64,000 bases of DNA. It comes from Haplodiscus bocki. Its lineage: Eukaryota. Position numbers and translations under genes: made by a program. Position 1 is the first letter of the stretch, and each line of letters begins with the position of its first letter. Below, piece after piece: positions 1 through 11,330 of the stretch. The notes under the pieces are model-generated. The model did no database searches and was not told the origin of the DNA. It was given only the letters and a program-made list of their open reading frames with translations. The DNA is taken from assembly GCA_965655095.1 (NCBI GenBank), contig OZ296648.1, positions 22,506,001 through 22,570,000 on the forward strand. Reading direction: 5' to 3'.

Positions 1-1480
1 TCATTGCTCACAGCATCGTCCGTATAAGCCTTTGCTGCCAAAAAACACGGAGTGTCCGTTAGAAAGCAGACACATCTTGGCCGGGTAGTTGGAGATGCGA
101 TTTGACTCGAGCCTTCAAAACGTTGGCGTTCAGTTTCTTTTGCCGCCTGAAGAAACGCTTGAGTTCTTCGTAGCTGCCTTTTTGGGCAGTAGTGGAGGAC
201 CGACAAAAAGTCATCATCACCAGTTAGGCGGGCAGAAAAAAAAGCAAGCGGGGGTCGGGAGTCAGAGAGACCTAATTAGAAAGCGTGGAAACAGCTTCAA
301 ATTGTGTAAGAAAGTCTTCCATAACTGTAAGACCCGTGAAGACGTTAAATGGCAGGAATAGTTAAGGGCAGGAGCAGTGGCAGCTGCAGTTATTGTCAAT
401 TATACAGTATAGTTTTGTTTTAGAGGAGCAGGGTTATGCGATAGCTAGCACAATTTCTTGGACATAAAGTCAAATACTTTATGAAATTCATGTTCGTGTA
501 ACGCACTAGCAAAAACAGTCTCATTGCGATAAACATGCAGGCAATTATGACGATCAGTCTGGGCATATTGGTTTGAAAAAATGGGTAGTGAGTTTTTCTT
601 CAGACGATTAGTTGGGAGCAGGCGAAACGCAAGCGGGGATCCATCAGTAGCACATTGGAGTTCATGGACGAGCACTGGCAACTGGAGATGAGGTGGAAAC
701 AAACGAAAGTTGGGAGGACTGACAGTAGTGCCGACCATCAGAGACTCAACTATTAACAATGAAGGTACAACGCGAAAGTCAAATTGAGAAAGAAAGAACA
801 GGTGACGCAAAGACACAAAAGTTCAAAAAAGAAACGGTTACTAGATTGGAATGTGAATTGAACGGGAGCGTAGTTGTTTTCCGGAACCGAAAAAACTTCT
901 TCGTAAACAGGTGGAGGCTTACGGGACGAAACGGTAGCAGGAGGCGACTCAGGTTCTGTAGGAGGTGCTGACATGAAATGCTGAGCGTTTAACGAGACGG
1001 AGCGAGCGTGATTGCCACGGAATTTGACGTCGAAGCGGCACGGAGTGGGGCAGAAGTAGGTGGAATTGCGAGCGGAGTTGGCGATTGGGGCGGCAAAACA
1101 ACCGCGAGGCGTTGGTTCAACGTCAAAAGTTGCAAATGGATGATCGATGCAGCGGCTAACCAAAAGAAACGTCGGGGGTCTCTCGCGGAAGCGGGAGTAC
1201 GGAACTGCAAATATGACGAAGTGAGTGATTCGGGAAATGGTTAGCGTAATTTTGCCGGAGAAGTGTGGTGTGAAGAAAATTAGTTGGCGCGGGGACCGGG
1301 TGACCAGAACCTGGCTGGGAATCAAGCAGTTCTTGTGCTTGAAGACACTGACAAAAAAAACATGAGATGGTGAGCGGAACGCGACCTGAAGAAAGCGGAA
1401 AGTATTGTGTGAAAAACATACAAGATCAATTGTTCGGGAGTAATAGAGCCACATCGCAAGGACGGTTGGGAAACTTAAAC
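1..1480 (-). pseudogene. Degenerate, frameshifted coding-like region (Pro/Ser/Thr-rich), probably an accessory ORF of a transposable element
   Basis: More GC-rich than its flanks; overlapping minus-strand ORF fragments (753-1454, 989-1210, 445-816) read as one broken protein (e.g. APPTEPESPPATVSSRKPPPVYEEVF). No domain recognised. Confidence 0.3.
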
Positions 1481-2661
1481 AGGCACTTGCGGTAAACTTA
1501 AGGAAAAAATCTCCGTGAAAATACAGGAACTACGCTTAGCTTTAATCTAGCTGTTCTGGTTCACTAGAAATGGAAATTGGCTATTTCAATGATTTTTGAC
1601 TTGTTTTTGATCTGCACAAATGGCAGTACACTGCTTGAAAAAGCAGGAATCAACTTAGTTTTGCTTATTTAAAGGCGGTTCAGAGTTCTGAGACTCGGAG
1701 AAATCTCAATTTTCATTGCAAAAATTCAAAACAGACGAACGAAGTTAGTGCCTGAAGTCGCAAATTCAACAAATAAGGTGAAAAGAACTGGATGAAAAAG
1801 GTTCGCAAACACACTGTCATCAATTTCCATAGCGTCCCTCAGCGTGGGTAGTTTCTTGTTTTGGTTAAAATTGCTTAGAGTTGAATTATGCGACTATTTT
1901 CTAAGGTTAAAAAGGTGTTTTTTTGAAAGCAAAAATGAATTTATTTGGTGAAGAAAAAGACTAACATCGTAGCAAGCTTTACAGTGTGGGTGTTTCTGCT
2001 CAAATGATGATGATGTTGATGGCAACTTTCGAAGCAATTATCGAGTTAAACGAAGAAGAGATCACGTGATGGTCACGTGACACAATTATGAGGAATTATT
2101 GGTAGCGATGAGATTTTGTAATGATCGTTGGTACCATTCAAAACGAAGTTATTACATCAGCAAGAAAAAACATACGATTAAATACGAAAAAGTTACATAA
2201 GAAAGGAAATTCAGTGGAGAGATTAAAATGCAATTTGATTGTAGGCGAGCGCTATGATGTTAGGTGAAGGTACAGATGAACAACTTCAGGAGGCTGAGTC
2301 TTGGGGGGATTAGCAATGCACTGTTGAAATGAAAATGCACATGGCCTGGGTAAAAATGGCTGACTAAAAAGTATGAATTTATTGAATGAAATGTTTGTTG
2401 TGTTTGAGTGTTACACTAAGTACTTAGATTCCAGAGTTTTGAGTCGGAGAGAATTACTGTGGGCAATATCACCAATTTTATAAAATTTGAATTTTGAATG
2501 ATTTGTTTGGTTGTTATCCAACGATTTCGGTTTGTTTCTTCAAGATCTAGATACACCCAATGAAACAGAAGAATAATTAGTGAATCAAACAGGTTTTGCT
2601 TTTTTTGCTAATCTAATTTTTGTTTTACTGCACAATTGAGGTTATGATTTATGCATTTCAG

Positions 2662-2686
2662 GCTGTCCGAGATAACGATAGCCAAG
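2662..2686 (+). CDS. Candidate 25-nt penultimate micro-exon of an unidentified host gene (..LSEITIAK)
   Basis: Acceptor atgcatttcag| and donor AAG|gtaaag; ends in phase 0 and joins in frame to 3020-3070. Confidence 0.5.
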
Positions 2687-3019
2687 GTAAAGTTCATCAG
2701 TTTTCTCACTTATGAGTGCCCCGAGAAATCAAGTCGAAAAAAAAGAATTGAAGAAAACGTATTGTTTTCAATAACCTATTGAATAATACTTTTCCTGAGG
2801 TTTTATAACAAGCTTATCAAGACCATGCCGATATTGACAAAATACAAAACGCTGGTTTTGTAAAATAGTAAACGTGTTGTTTTCACTACTTGCAACTTAA
2901 ATTTTGAAAAAATTAGCAAACATTATTTCCCTCAAATATCGTGGGTTCTATATTTTAACACACACGTACATTTTGCAATATGATTCCAATCAAAATATTC
3001 CGAATGGTTACTTTTTCAG

Positions 3020-3070
3020 GTTACTCAGGCTGAAGCGGAACATAATTCCAGGGTTGCCGATTTGGACTGA
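3020..3070 (+). CDS. Candidate terminal coding exon (VTQAEAEHNSRVADLD*) of the same gene
   Basis: Acceptor actttttcag|; the joined peptide is LSEITIAKVTQAEAEHNSRVADLD-stop (TGA 3068-3070). Upstream exons would lie left of the window or were not found. Confidence 0.5.
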   Translation, partial: VTQAEAEHNSRVADLD

Positions 3071-3910
3071 TACCAAATTTGGCAATTGCAGTCAAGATTG
3101 AAAATTGGCAGAACCACCTCATAAACTGATCATGACAAAAAACAGACTTCTTAGGCACCATGTTTTATAATTTGCACATAGCAACATTTATTTTCACAAT
3201 TTATTGCTCGATTTGTAAAGCTTCTCAAATTATTTCATTTTTGTCTCAACTTATCAATTTTGACAGCTAACGCTCGGGTTTTCAAGAGAACCAGTAAAAA
3301 ACTCAGGTAGAGTACATCCTTCCCTGGCGGTGTAGTTTCATTAATTTGCTACTTAAAAAATAGCATCGTGTTACCATATAACATCGTGCCAAAACTATTG
3401 GGCAACTGGGGATGATGGTATATCCAGATCAGCCACGATGAAAACTAGCCTAGATGTAATGAAAAAACCCTTTGTCAGCGTGGTTCCCTTGGAACTTGAC
3501 GGCAATGATGTATTTTTGGCGACCAAAAAACAGGGCCCGTGATGTCGCCGCGGTTGCAGCACTGAAAAATTCTAAACATGAAACTTCATCAATTTTTGTT
3601 AAAGCTTTCAAACCCTAAACTGCCCCAGAAAATAACCCGAATTGCTGGTAAACATGTGTTCAGACCCATTCTGTGGATAGGAGCGCGTCTTGCCACCAAA
3701 ATATGTTGAAAAGAGCTGAATTCTCCAGTGAACTTATGCTGACTTCTAGAGTGCCACATTTAGACGTTACGTCATTTTTAGTGACTCCTCTAATTCTGAC
3801 TTGCTGCGTGTACATAGCAAATGCCATGAATATCCGAAAGAAAAGTTTGCTAGTCTGGTTGAAGCTGTCTTTTCTTGAATTAACTTGTGCTCTCTTCTCG
3901 TGTTGACAGC

Positions 3911-4035
3911 CATAGTCAAACATGACGATCATGCTATGACATGGAATGACCATGGTGATTCATACTCGCCATGGTATGATCATGGCAAGATCATGGCATG
4001 GTCATCATGAAATATAGCATGATCATGGTATGGCC
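3911..4035. repeat. CATG/CATGATCATG-rich degenerate short repeat block
   Basis: Dense catg/atgatcatgg units; a related block in opposite orientation at 7605-7714. Confidence 0.7.
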
Positions 4036-4678
4036 TTCTGTAGAATTTTGAAAAGCTTTCGAACAGAGGTTCTAGGCTTCAACTCAATTAAACCGTAGTA
4101 CCGTTGCTCACGAGACGGGGAGCACGGCTGAGATCCACAAAAAAATTTATAACCTCAAGGTACACGGGTGAATTTGCGACTTGAGGGCGGTGGGGATTCT
4201 TTTGCAAAATATATGCCTAACCCTTTGATTTCTAAACGATCGCTCAACAGGGTGTTTCGTTACTGTTTTTCTAGGCTCTTGCTTGATGAGGTGTGAAGGG
4301 AAACAATAATTCGCAACAAAGAATGTTTTATTTGAATCTTTGGAGGAAAGTGTATTATTCAACGGGTAAATAGGTTATGAAGTGAATAAATAAGTTTAAT
4401 TAGGTTTGAATACTTCAAGATAGTATGCCGCATTTATTACGTTGCATTAAATAGTAGGAAGAGGGTAGTTGGAGAATACACACAATAAGAGCACACACAG
4501 AAAATAGAGAACAATTAAGTAAATGGAATCTCGAAGAGATTGAAGCTGATGAACGCTCAAATGGCGTAATTAGAAATCGTTTCGAGACGCTACCGCGAAT
4601 CACGGTACTCTCATTCGCCGCTCTCTCTACGGTTCTAGATTTCTAACTCGAGATCAGTATTGGATCGCACACCAACAC

Positions 4679-5294
4679 TGTCGCCGCAGCACAGAAGAAA
4701 TCTCAACTTTCTCGCTCTCTTTACTCCGAATCCGATCGAACACGGACTTGACAGCTCTGATCCAACACAAAGCTGGTATTTATGGTCCCAGACCACAAAC
4801 AGACAATTTCGAATCTCTAAAAACGTTTGACAATCCCGGATTGTCGAGATATCTCTAATGTTAGTCCCGGACTAAGTTAAAGAACGAATTTTCCGGCTCC
4901 ACTAAAGTAGCAACTGTCCCACAGTTCAACTCACTCTTGTTTTGCACTTCTCTTTTCGCCTGTCTTTTGATTTCAGCGCTATTGACGGCCCCTTTTTGCC
5001 GCTAGGGGTGTCCCCGTTTCGTCGTTTCTTAAAATCATCATTCTCGTTCTTTTTCGTCAGGTATTACTAATGGAAATTTCTGTTTTAGCCACTTTCGCTG
5101 GCTTTCGGTATTGGCAATTATTTTAGGCCTATTTCGGTATCACTAAAACGTCCAGTTTAAGATGATGACTAGGTGGTTGGTGGTCGTCACCACTAAAAAT
5201 CTATAATAAAGTAAAGTGACTGTTTATTCATCATTTCGTTTCCATTCGTAAATGTCACATTTTTGATTGACAACCTCTTTCGGCTGATGTGTCA
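4679..5294 (-). mobile_element. Candidate LTR followed by PBS-like and leader sequence (truncated LTR retrotransposon)
   Basis: On the minus strand it begins TGACACATCAG and ends CTGCGGCGACA (loose terminal inverted repeat), contains CATAAATA, and is followed after 4 nt by TGGTGTGCGATCC (TGG-start PBS-like). No partner LTR seen. Confidence 0.35.
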
Positions 5295-5370
5295 GCTTTT
5301 CTATTTGTCTTGCCTGGTCAAGTACTTCCAAAATAAGCGATTAAAATCTCTTCCCTAACAGTTCCCCTCA

Positions 5371-6860
5371 TAAGATCCATGCAAAACTAAATGTCCGAAA
5401 AAACGTGTAATTTTTGAGTAAAATTCAATATTTAATTGTGTCTATCCTATACGTCGTAAAAATAAAATGAGCACATCGTTACAGGCGCTATTCAAGGTAG
5501 TTTTTGACAATGTATATTTTGTTATAGTTATGTTCAATATTTGTGTTCAAAAATTGCAATTTTCTGAAAGTCGGCAAAACTCCATATCCGAAAAGTCGAT
5601 TTTTGGTCACTTTGAGGTCATTTTTCTCAACGCATATTATTTTCCCATAGCGGGGGTGGTATTTTCCTGTTATTGCAGTCCAAGAGGAGTATTTTAACGA
5701 AAAAATGAGCTCTCTAGCTGGTCTCAAAAAAAAGTTATTCAATTTTCTGCAAAAGTACGATTTTGGCCACTTTTGACTACCTGGGTCCACCTTCAAAGTC
5801 GATTTTCTCAACATACAGGCAAAATTTCAAAAAATCCCTGGAACGTTTGTTAGGGGAGGTTGTTGGGAACATTATGTTAAGTTTTCAGCTTTCTATCTTT
5901 AAAAAGGTGCGGGGGGTAGCCGTTTTGCAAGTTCGACATTTTCCAAAATCCGTGATTTTAGCTAGTTGCAATTTTGTGGGCGGCCATTTGTAGCTTGCTG
6001 TGCTTGTTGTATTGTTATTCCCCATTCCTCCCAATAAAAAGCTTTCGATCGCTGTTAATTTGGTTCTTTTCTATTGGCTGTTCGTTAACTAATAGGCGAA
6101 AAACTGCGATTTTTGACGATTTTAGGCTATTTTGGGCGCTTTTTGGCGATTTCTTACTCAGTTCTCCAAAATTGCTGAATATAATCAATTCATCTTTCTA
6201 GAAACGTTAGTCCTATCAAATATCTTCCGTTTAAGATTAATTTGAGCCTCTTTTGATGCGTGGTTCGCTCAGAATAAATTTTTAACTGAACTCAATTTGG
6301 CAATTCCCGGAGTGCACTTTTTCGGTTACTACATTTTTTCAATATCTTAAATTCGTCCGATTTTGCTCATATTCCAAACTTAGGGTTTCCTATAGATGTA
6401 ATTTACAATGGTGAAAACCGTTTGTCGATATCTTTTTTCATCTTCGAGAAATAAGCAAGCAAACATTGGGGAACATTTAAAAAACAGGTTTAATTTTGAG
6501 CAGCGAGAGCGTAAATATGCTAATACGTGGGGTAGTGGCGGCCGTGCGCGTGGTCAAAATTCATTCCAAAATCATTCCTATTGTACTCCTTTTGTATTTA
6601 TAACAATTTGCGTCCACTCCGCTTTCACTTTTATACGCTTCTAAAGTTGCAACTGAACTGTGAAATCACAATTTTACCATTTACCAGACCGTAATAATTT
6701 TCGTTTTTATTTTTCGACAACTTTTAATTTTCAGAATGCGGTGAAAATCACCCAACTTGTTCGTCTTGGAATGTAGTTTTCATTGGTGAAAACCGTTTTG
6801 CTCTATCTATAACAGTCTTTGAGAAAATGGACATCAAAGTTGGGGTTCGAATTAGATCAA
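5371..6860. mobile_element. Probable non-autonomous DNA transposon remnant(s)
   Basis: Non-coding; internal duplicated motif TGGTGAAAACCGTTT at about 6408 and 6784; composition typical of MITE interiors. Termini not resolved. Confidence 0.3.
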
Positions 6861-7604
6861 CTTTTAAATTTTTTGCTGCAGTTGCTTTGCTATGTTAATA
6901 CACGTGACAAGGTTGTTCCAAAATAACGAATACTTGCTCCGCTGCTTGTTCACATTCCAACGTAGTTTTTATTCAGTTCAATATTCACTTTCCGCGTGTT
7001 CTACATGAATAATAAATATTCATCGGTCTTAATTTCAGCTCTTCAACCTCTTCGAGTTAATATTTATATCACTTTAATAGTACTTCATTCATCAATAATA
7101 CGGATGAGGATTAAATACAAGTAATACACACAACAAAAAAAATGTGGTATATTTTCCACACCTTCATGGAAAACAGGATGACCATGTCATGGTGACCCTG
7201 GTCATCATTATAACGTAATCCGGACGCTAATTATCCAACCAACTTTGTTAATTAATGCCCAGGTGGTAATCCGTTACTTTTTAACGCGGAATATGTTGAA
7301 CGAACCTACCAAAAGCTACCCGAAAGACGTTTAACTAAACTGAATCTTGTTCTCAAAAACTTGTAATTACCAAAAATAACGTAAAGCTCTAATATATATG
7401 TTATATTGAAACAATCTTTAAAAAAGAACTGCTTTCTAGTTATCATAGAAGAAAACTCTATTTCTGAGTAATCCTCGGTAAGTTTTGATGACTCTGCAGT
7501 TTAGACGCGTAATTTCTTCTAAGGCCAGTCAAGTGTGCCATATAGTGATGTATGGCATCAACTATTTGAGAAAACAGTCACTAACAGTTCATTTTAAAAA
7601 CAAA

Positions 7605-7714
7605 CATGCATAACATGATGATCATACCATGATCATGGAATGAATCATGGAAAACATGGTAATCATACCATGATCATGCCGTGAATCATGACGGCCATGT
7701 TTTTCCAATCCGGG
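7605..7714. repeat. CATG-rich repeat block ending CCATGTTTTTCCAATCCGGG (probable MITE end)
   Basis: Same motif family as 3911-4035; a weaker CATG block at about 7160-7205 may be the other end. Confidence 0.6.
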
Positions 7715-8599
7715 TTATATTAGGAAGTATTGGGCAATTTGTGGTCACCAATAACAAGTTACAGGTTCTCCATTCACATTTCACATCTAATTGCGTTCAC
7801 TAGTACCGTCATAAATACTCTAGCATGTGTGTAAAATGTTCTTTCGAGTTTTATACAGCACCTATTTCTCAATCAAAATTATGAATTGAGTCAATTTTCA
7901 AAAAATCTCAAACGTGTTTATTTAATACTTCCGTGCAGCATTGTTGCAAAATCAATTAAGTTGATGCTTTTCGACCGGTGCTTCAAGACTGTCGTAGACT
8001 TCTTAATAGACTAATTTGACTGGTATCTGATGCTCATCGTTGAAAGAAGTTAAAATTTCCAAGTGATTTGATGGCGAACTTGATAACCAACATACTTCTA
8101 TTTTCAATTCCTCTGTTTTAGCCCCCTTTAAATTCCAAGTATGACATCGCTCACATTCGGCGTTTCTCAGCCAGCCTTCCCTGTTTCAATTAAGTGAATG
8201 AATTTTTTTGATCTGATTTTTATATCTCAATTAAGGAAAATGTTTCAGCATTATTGTCACGTATGAGACTAATGCTAGGTATAGTTTGCTCTTTACTGAA
8301 AAACTCGCTCTTCACTGAGAAACTTGTTTCTTTAGTTAGTTTATTCTCCAGGGCAGCCCCATGCCCAAAAGTATTCTAGGAATATCAGTCTTTGCTCATC
8401 TGGGAAGTTATTCAAGAGTTCAGCGATATTTCGAGAAAAAGTTTGTTCTGTAAACATTGGATAATTTACTTGAGTTAGAGCAAATAATTAACGCCGAGGA
8501 ACTGAACTGATCGCATGTTATAATCTCTTTTTTTGACGGTAGCGGATGCAGGCAAAGTTTCAATCCGAGCAAGATTTAAACTCTAGACTGGCGAAAACT

Positions 8600-8799
8600 N
8601 NNNNNNNNNNNNNNNNNNNNNNNNNNNNNNNNNNNNNNNNNNNNNNNNNNNNNNNNNNNNNNNNNNNNNNNNNNNNNNNNNNNNNNNNNNNNNNNNNNNN
8701 NNNNNNNNNNNNNNNNNNNNNNNNNNNNNNNNNNNNNNNNNNNNNNNNNNNNNNNNNNNNNNNNNNNNNNNNNNNNNNNNNNNNNNNNNNNNNNNNNNN
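8600..8799. other. Assembly gap (200 N)
   Basis: Run of exactly 200 N; a round placeholder length, so true distance is unknown. Confidence 0.99.
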
Positions 8800-9677
8800 G
8801 CAGTTCATTCTATTTTGCGTCCAGAAGATGATCTTTTATCAAATTGTGGCCAGAATTTCCAAAAAACTGTTTCTTTCGATGACATTGTGCACTTCCTTGA
8901 TGTGGAGGACATCGTAACCTATGAAGATTTTGATTGTGGTATTACTTTCTACCCTGAAATTCCTACAAAAAATCAGAGAGATCAACAGAGAAAGGAATTA
9001 CCTTTCCAGATCCTGTGAAAAATCCAAGTGCATTCCCAGTAACTATCGGCATAACTGTTTTATTGATGAGCAGCATAACTCTATTATCTTTCTGAACCCG
9101 TACATTTTATGGGACATGGTTCCAGCAGCTCTTATGTCACTCAATCACACTAATGATAGATACTCTATGTCCAATCAGTACCTTCAACTAACAACTCACC
9201 AACCTAGAACACACTCATATCCGGTGTTCTCTTCCTTGCGAAGGATGGACAGTCAAAGTAAAGGATTGCGCGTCAGCTTTGCATCCTTCCAACGAAATTA
9301 CCTACCAGACGGACGAGTAAACGCAACAGTTGCTACGGTTGAAGAGTTGAGTGATCTCTGGAAACCCGGAGCGATGGATGGAATTCCGCCGTTTGTGATG
9401 AACTGTAATTGTATTTAAGTGTAGCCATTTGTTTCACTTGTTTGATTTCTATTATTTGCTTGTGCAACATTTGTTGTTTTTTCGAAAATTTAGTCTTTTG
9501 TTCACTTTGATGACTTTGAGTGAGAAGTAAAACTTCATCGACAACTTCTATGTAAAGTAACACTCCCTTAGGCAGCCGAAGCCGCAACCTATCTTAGTAC
9601 ATTGCAGAAGTTCACCCTAGCGTAATACAAAGGTGCACACCCTCCTCAGCCACCACTCTCTATAAACTACTTCAACA
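8800..9677 (+). mobile_element. Frameshifted ORF remnant (8815-9018, 8921-9418) followed by a TG..CA-bounded LTR-like segment (9394-9677)
   Basis: Two overlapping ORFs in different frames; the downstream segment starts TGTGATGAA and ends TTCAACA and shares motifs (CCTATCTTAGTACATT, CACTCT...ACTACT) with the 13620-14520 element. Confidence 0.35.
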
Positions 9678-9993
9678 CTTGATCAGGTCGGTTCTCTGCC
9701 TGATCATAGGACATGACGTCATCATAAATGAGTCATTGAAATCAGACTACTTTTCTCTGTACGTTGCCAACCTCATAGTCTCTAGTAGAACCTCGTTAAA
9801 TAGCATTACTTATCTACGTATATCGATGAACCAACTTGGATCAGATTGGCTGTCTTAATACGTCTGGTTACGTTAATCACAGTTGGGGTACAGAAAGCCT
9901 ATCCTAACAGAATAACTTGACTAATTGAACCCAAACCATACATCAAAACATTACCGAAATATGCCCTCTTTTGATGAGTGAATGAAAATTTGG

Positions 9994-10366
9994 CACACTG
10001 CAAATGAAGTACACTCAAAATCTGACGCGTTGTACTTTTTTAAATTCAAAATCTGACGTCTTGTATTTTTTTTTAAATTCAAAATCTGAGGCGTTATATT
10101 TTTTTCATTTCAAAATCTGTCACGTAAAGAATATTTCAATTCAAAATCATGCTTTCTAAAAAAGCACGAAAAATGCAAAACATGTCGTTTTCACGGAGTA
10201 AAAAGAACCAAAACGTAATTTTTTTTCGATGCAAACATTTTTCAGAATCTGACAAGTCGAAAAATTTTTAATTCAAAATCTAACGCGTTGTATTTTTTTC
10301 AATCCAAAATCTGGCGCGTTGTAAGAACTTCAAATCAAAATCTGACGCGTTTTGCATCAGCAATGT
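9994..10366. repeat. MITE-like element with internal ~31-bp tandem repeat (TTCAAAATCTGACGCGTTGTATTTTTT)
   Basis: About 8-9 degenerate copies of CAAAATCTGACGCG; ends CACACTGCAAATG / CATCAGCAATGT form a degenerate inverted pair. Confidence 0.7.
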
Positions 10367-10746
10367 TTTAAGATTGGGAATAGCTCAGCAATGTAAAAGG
10401 ACTTGTAAAAGGAAAAGTTATTCAATTTCGACAAATTTGAGCAATGAATTCCAATCGTAAGCAGGTTTTGATGAGAAACTTCACCAGTGGTTGGGTACGT
10501 TCATAGCTGGCAGAAGCGAGTTGCTGTTGTTGGGAACGATATTTAAAGAATGATTTTGCAGAGTAGCAAATTGCTGCTTTTATATGATTTTAACCGATTC
10601 ATACCTGCTTTATATGGACAACCTTTCCTTTTTTGGTCGAAGCTACAACGAGTTCCATACATGGAAGGTGTTTCCTTTTTTGGGGACTTGGTGCAAGTTT
10701 TAACACTGTTTTGTTTTTCAGTCATCTGTTCAGAGTAATTTCTCCA

Positions 10747-10808
10747 GACAACCTGTCGCCTTATCAGGGGCGACAGGTTGTCGCCCCTGATCTTCTCAGG
10801 GGCGACAA
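10747..10808. repeat. Four alternating inverted copies of TGTCGCCCCTGA (overlapping hairpins)
   Basis: 14-bp stem 10747-10760/10769-10782; 13-bp stem 10778-10790/10796-10808; middle copies also pair with each other. Confidence 0.9.
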
Positions 10809-11171
10809 ATCCTCTTCTTAAGTGATTTTCTCAGACACGTTGTCTGCGTTGTTAGTCCCGTGAATATTTTTCCCAGACAGTCTGTCACCATAAAAAAGGG
10901 AACTTGTTCCACTTGAGTTGTTTTCACAGACAAGCACTTTCATCGTTACAGCCAGTTTTTAAATGTAAATAGTCCGTTTCTAAAATGAAAGAAAATGATT
11001 GACAGCTCCTCTCATAGTTGGTTTTTCCTTTTTTGAACATTTCATATCTCATATAAATAATGAGTAACACTTGCTACATATTTTTGCCATTATTTCTTTT
11101 TCATTGCTTCAGTCAAGTTGCTACAAATTTACGTTTATTTCAGAAACTTCTTCTATACTACTATTACTCAA

Positions 11172-11330
11172 ATGTCTTCCGTCAAAAGCAACAAAAGTCA
11201 CTTGTGAAAATTGTGGGACACAAACTAGAAGAAGCGCTTTCTGACACTATACGAGATGTTCAACTGGGGCGCTTCATTTTACTCAGTGTCCCAATTTCTC
11301 AACAACTTCCCAGACTTACCTAGCTTTCCT
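11172..11330 (+). pseudogene. Degenerate tandem zinc-finger remnant (CxxC..HxxxC), Polinton/Maverick-like
   Basis: A frame not in the ORF track reads KVTCENCGTQTRRSAF*HYTRCSTGALHFTQCPNFSTTSQ; frameshift after the ATG and an in-frame stop. Confidence 0.5.

Noticed and set aside
8546-8917. ORFs of 123 and 82 aa across the gap
   Set aside because: Open only because N codons contain no stops.
10015-10350. Second CRISPR-like array
   Set aside because: Degenerate tandem units; intervening sequence is T-rich and repetitive, not unique spacers.
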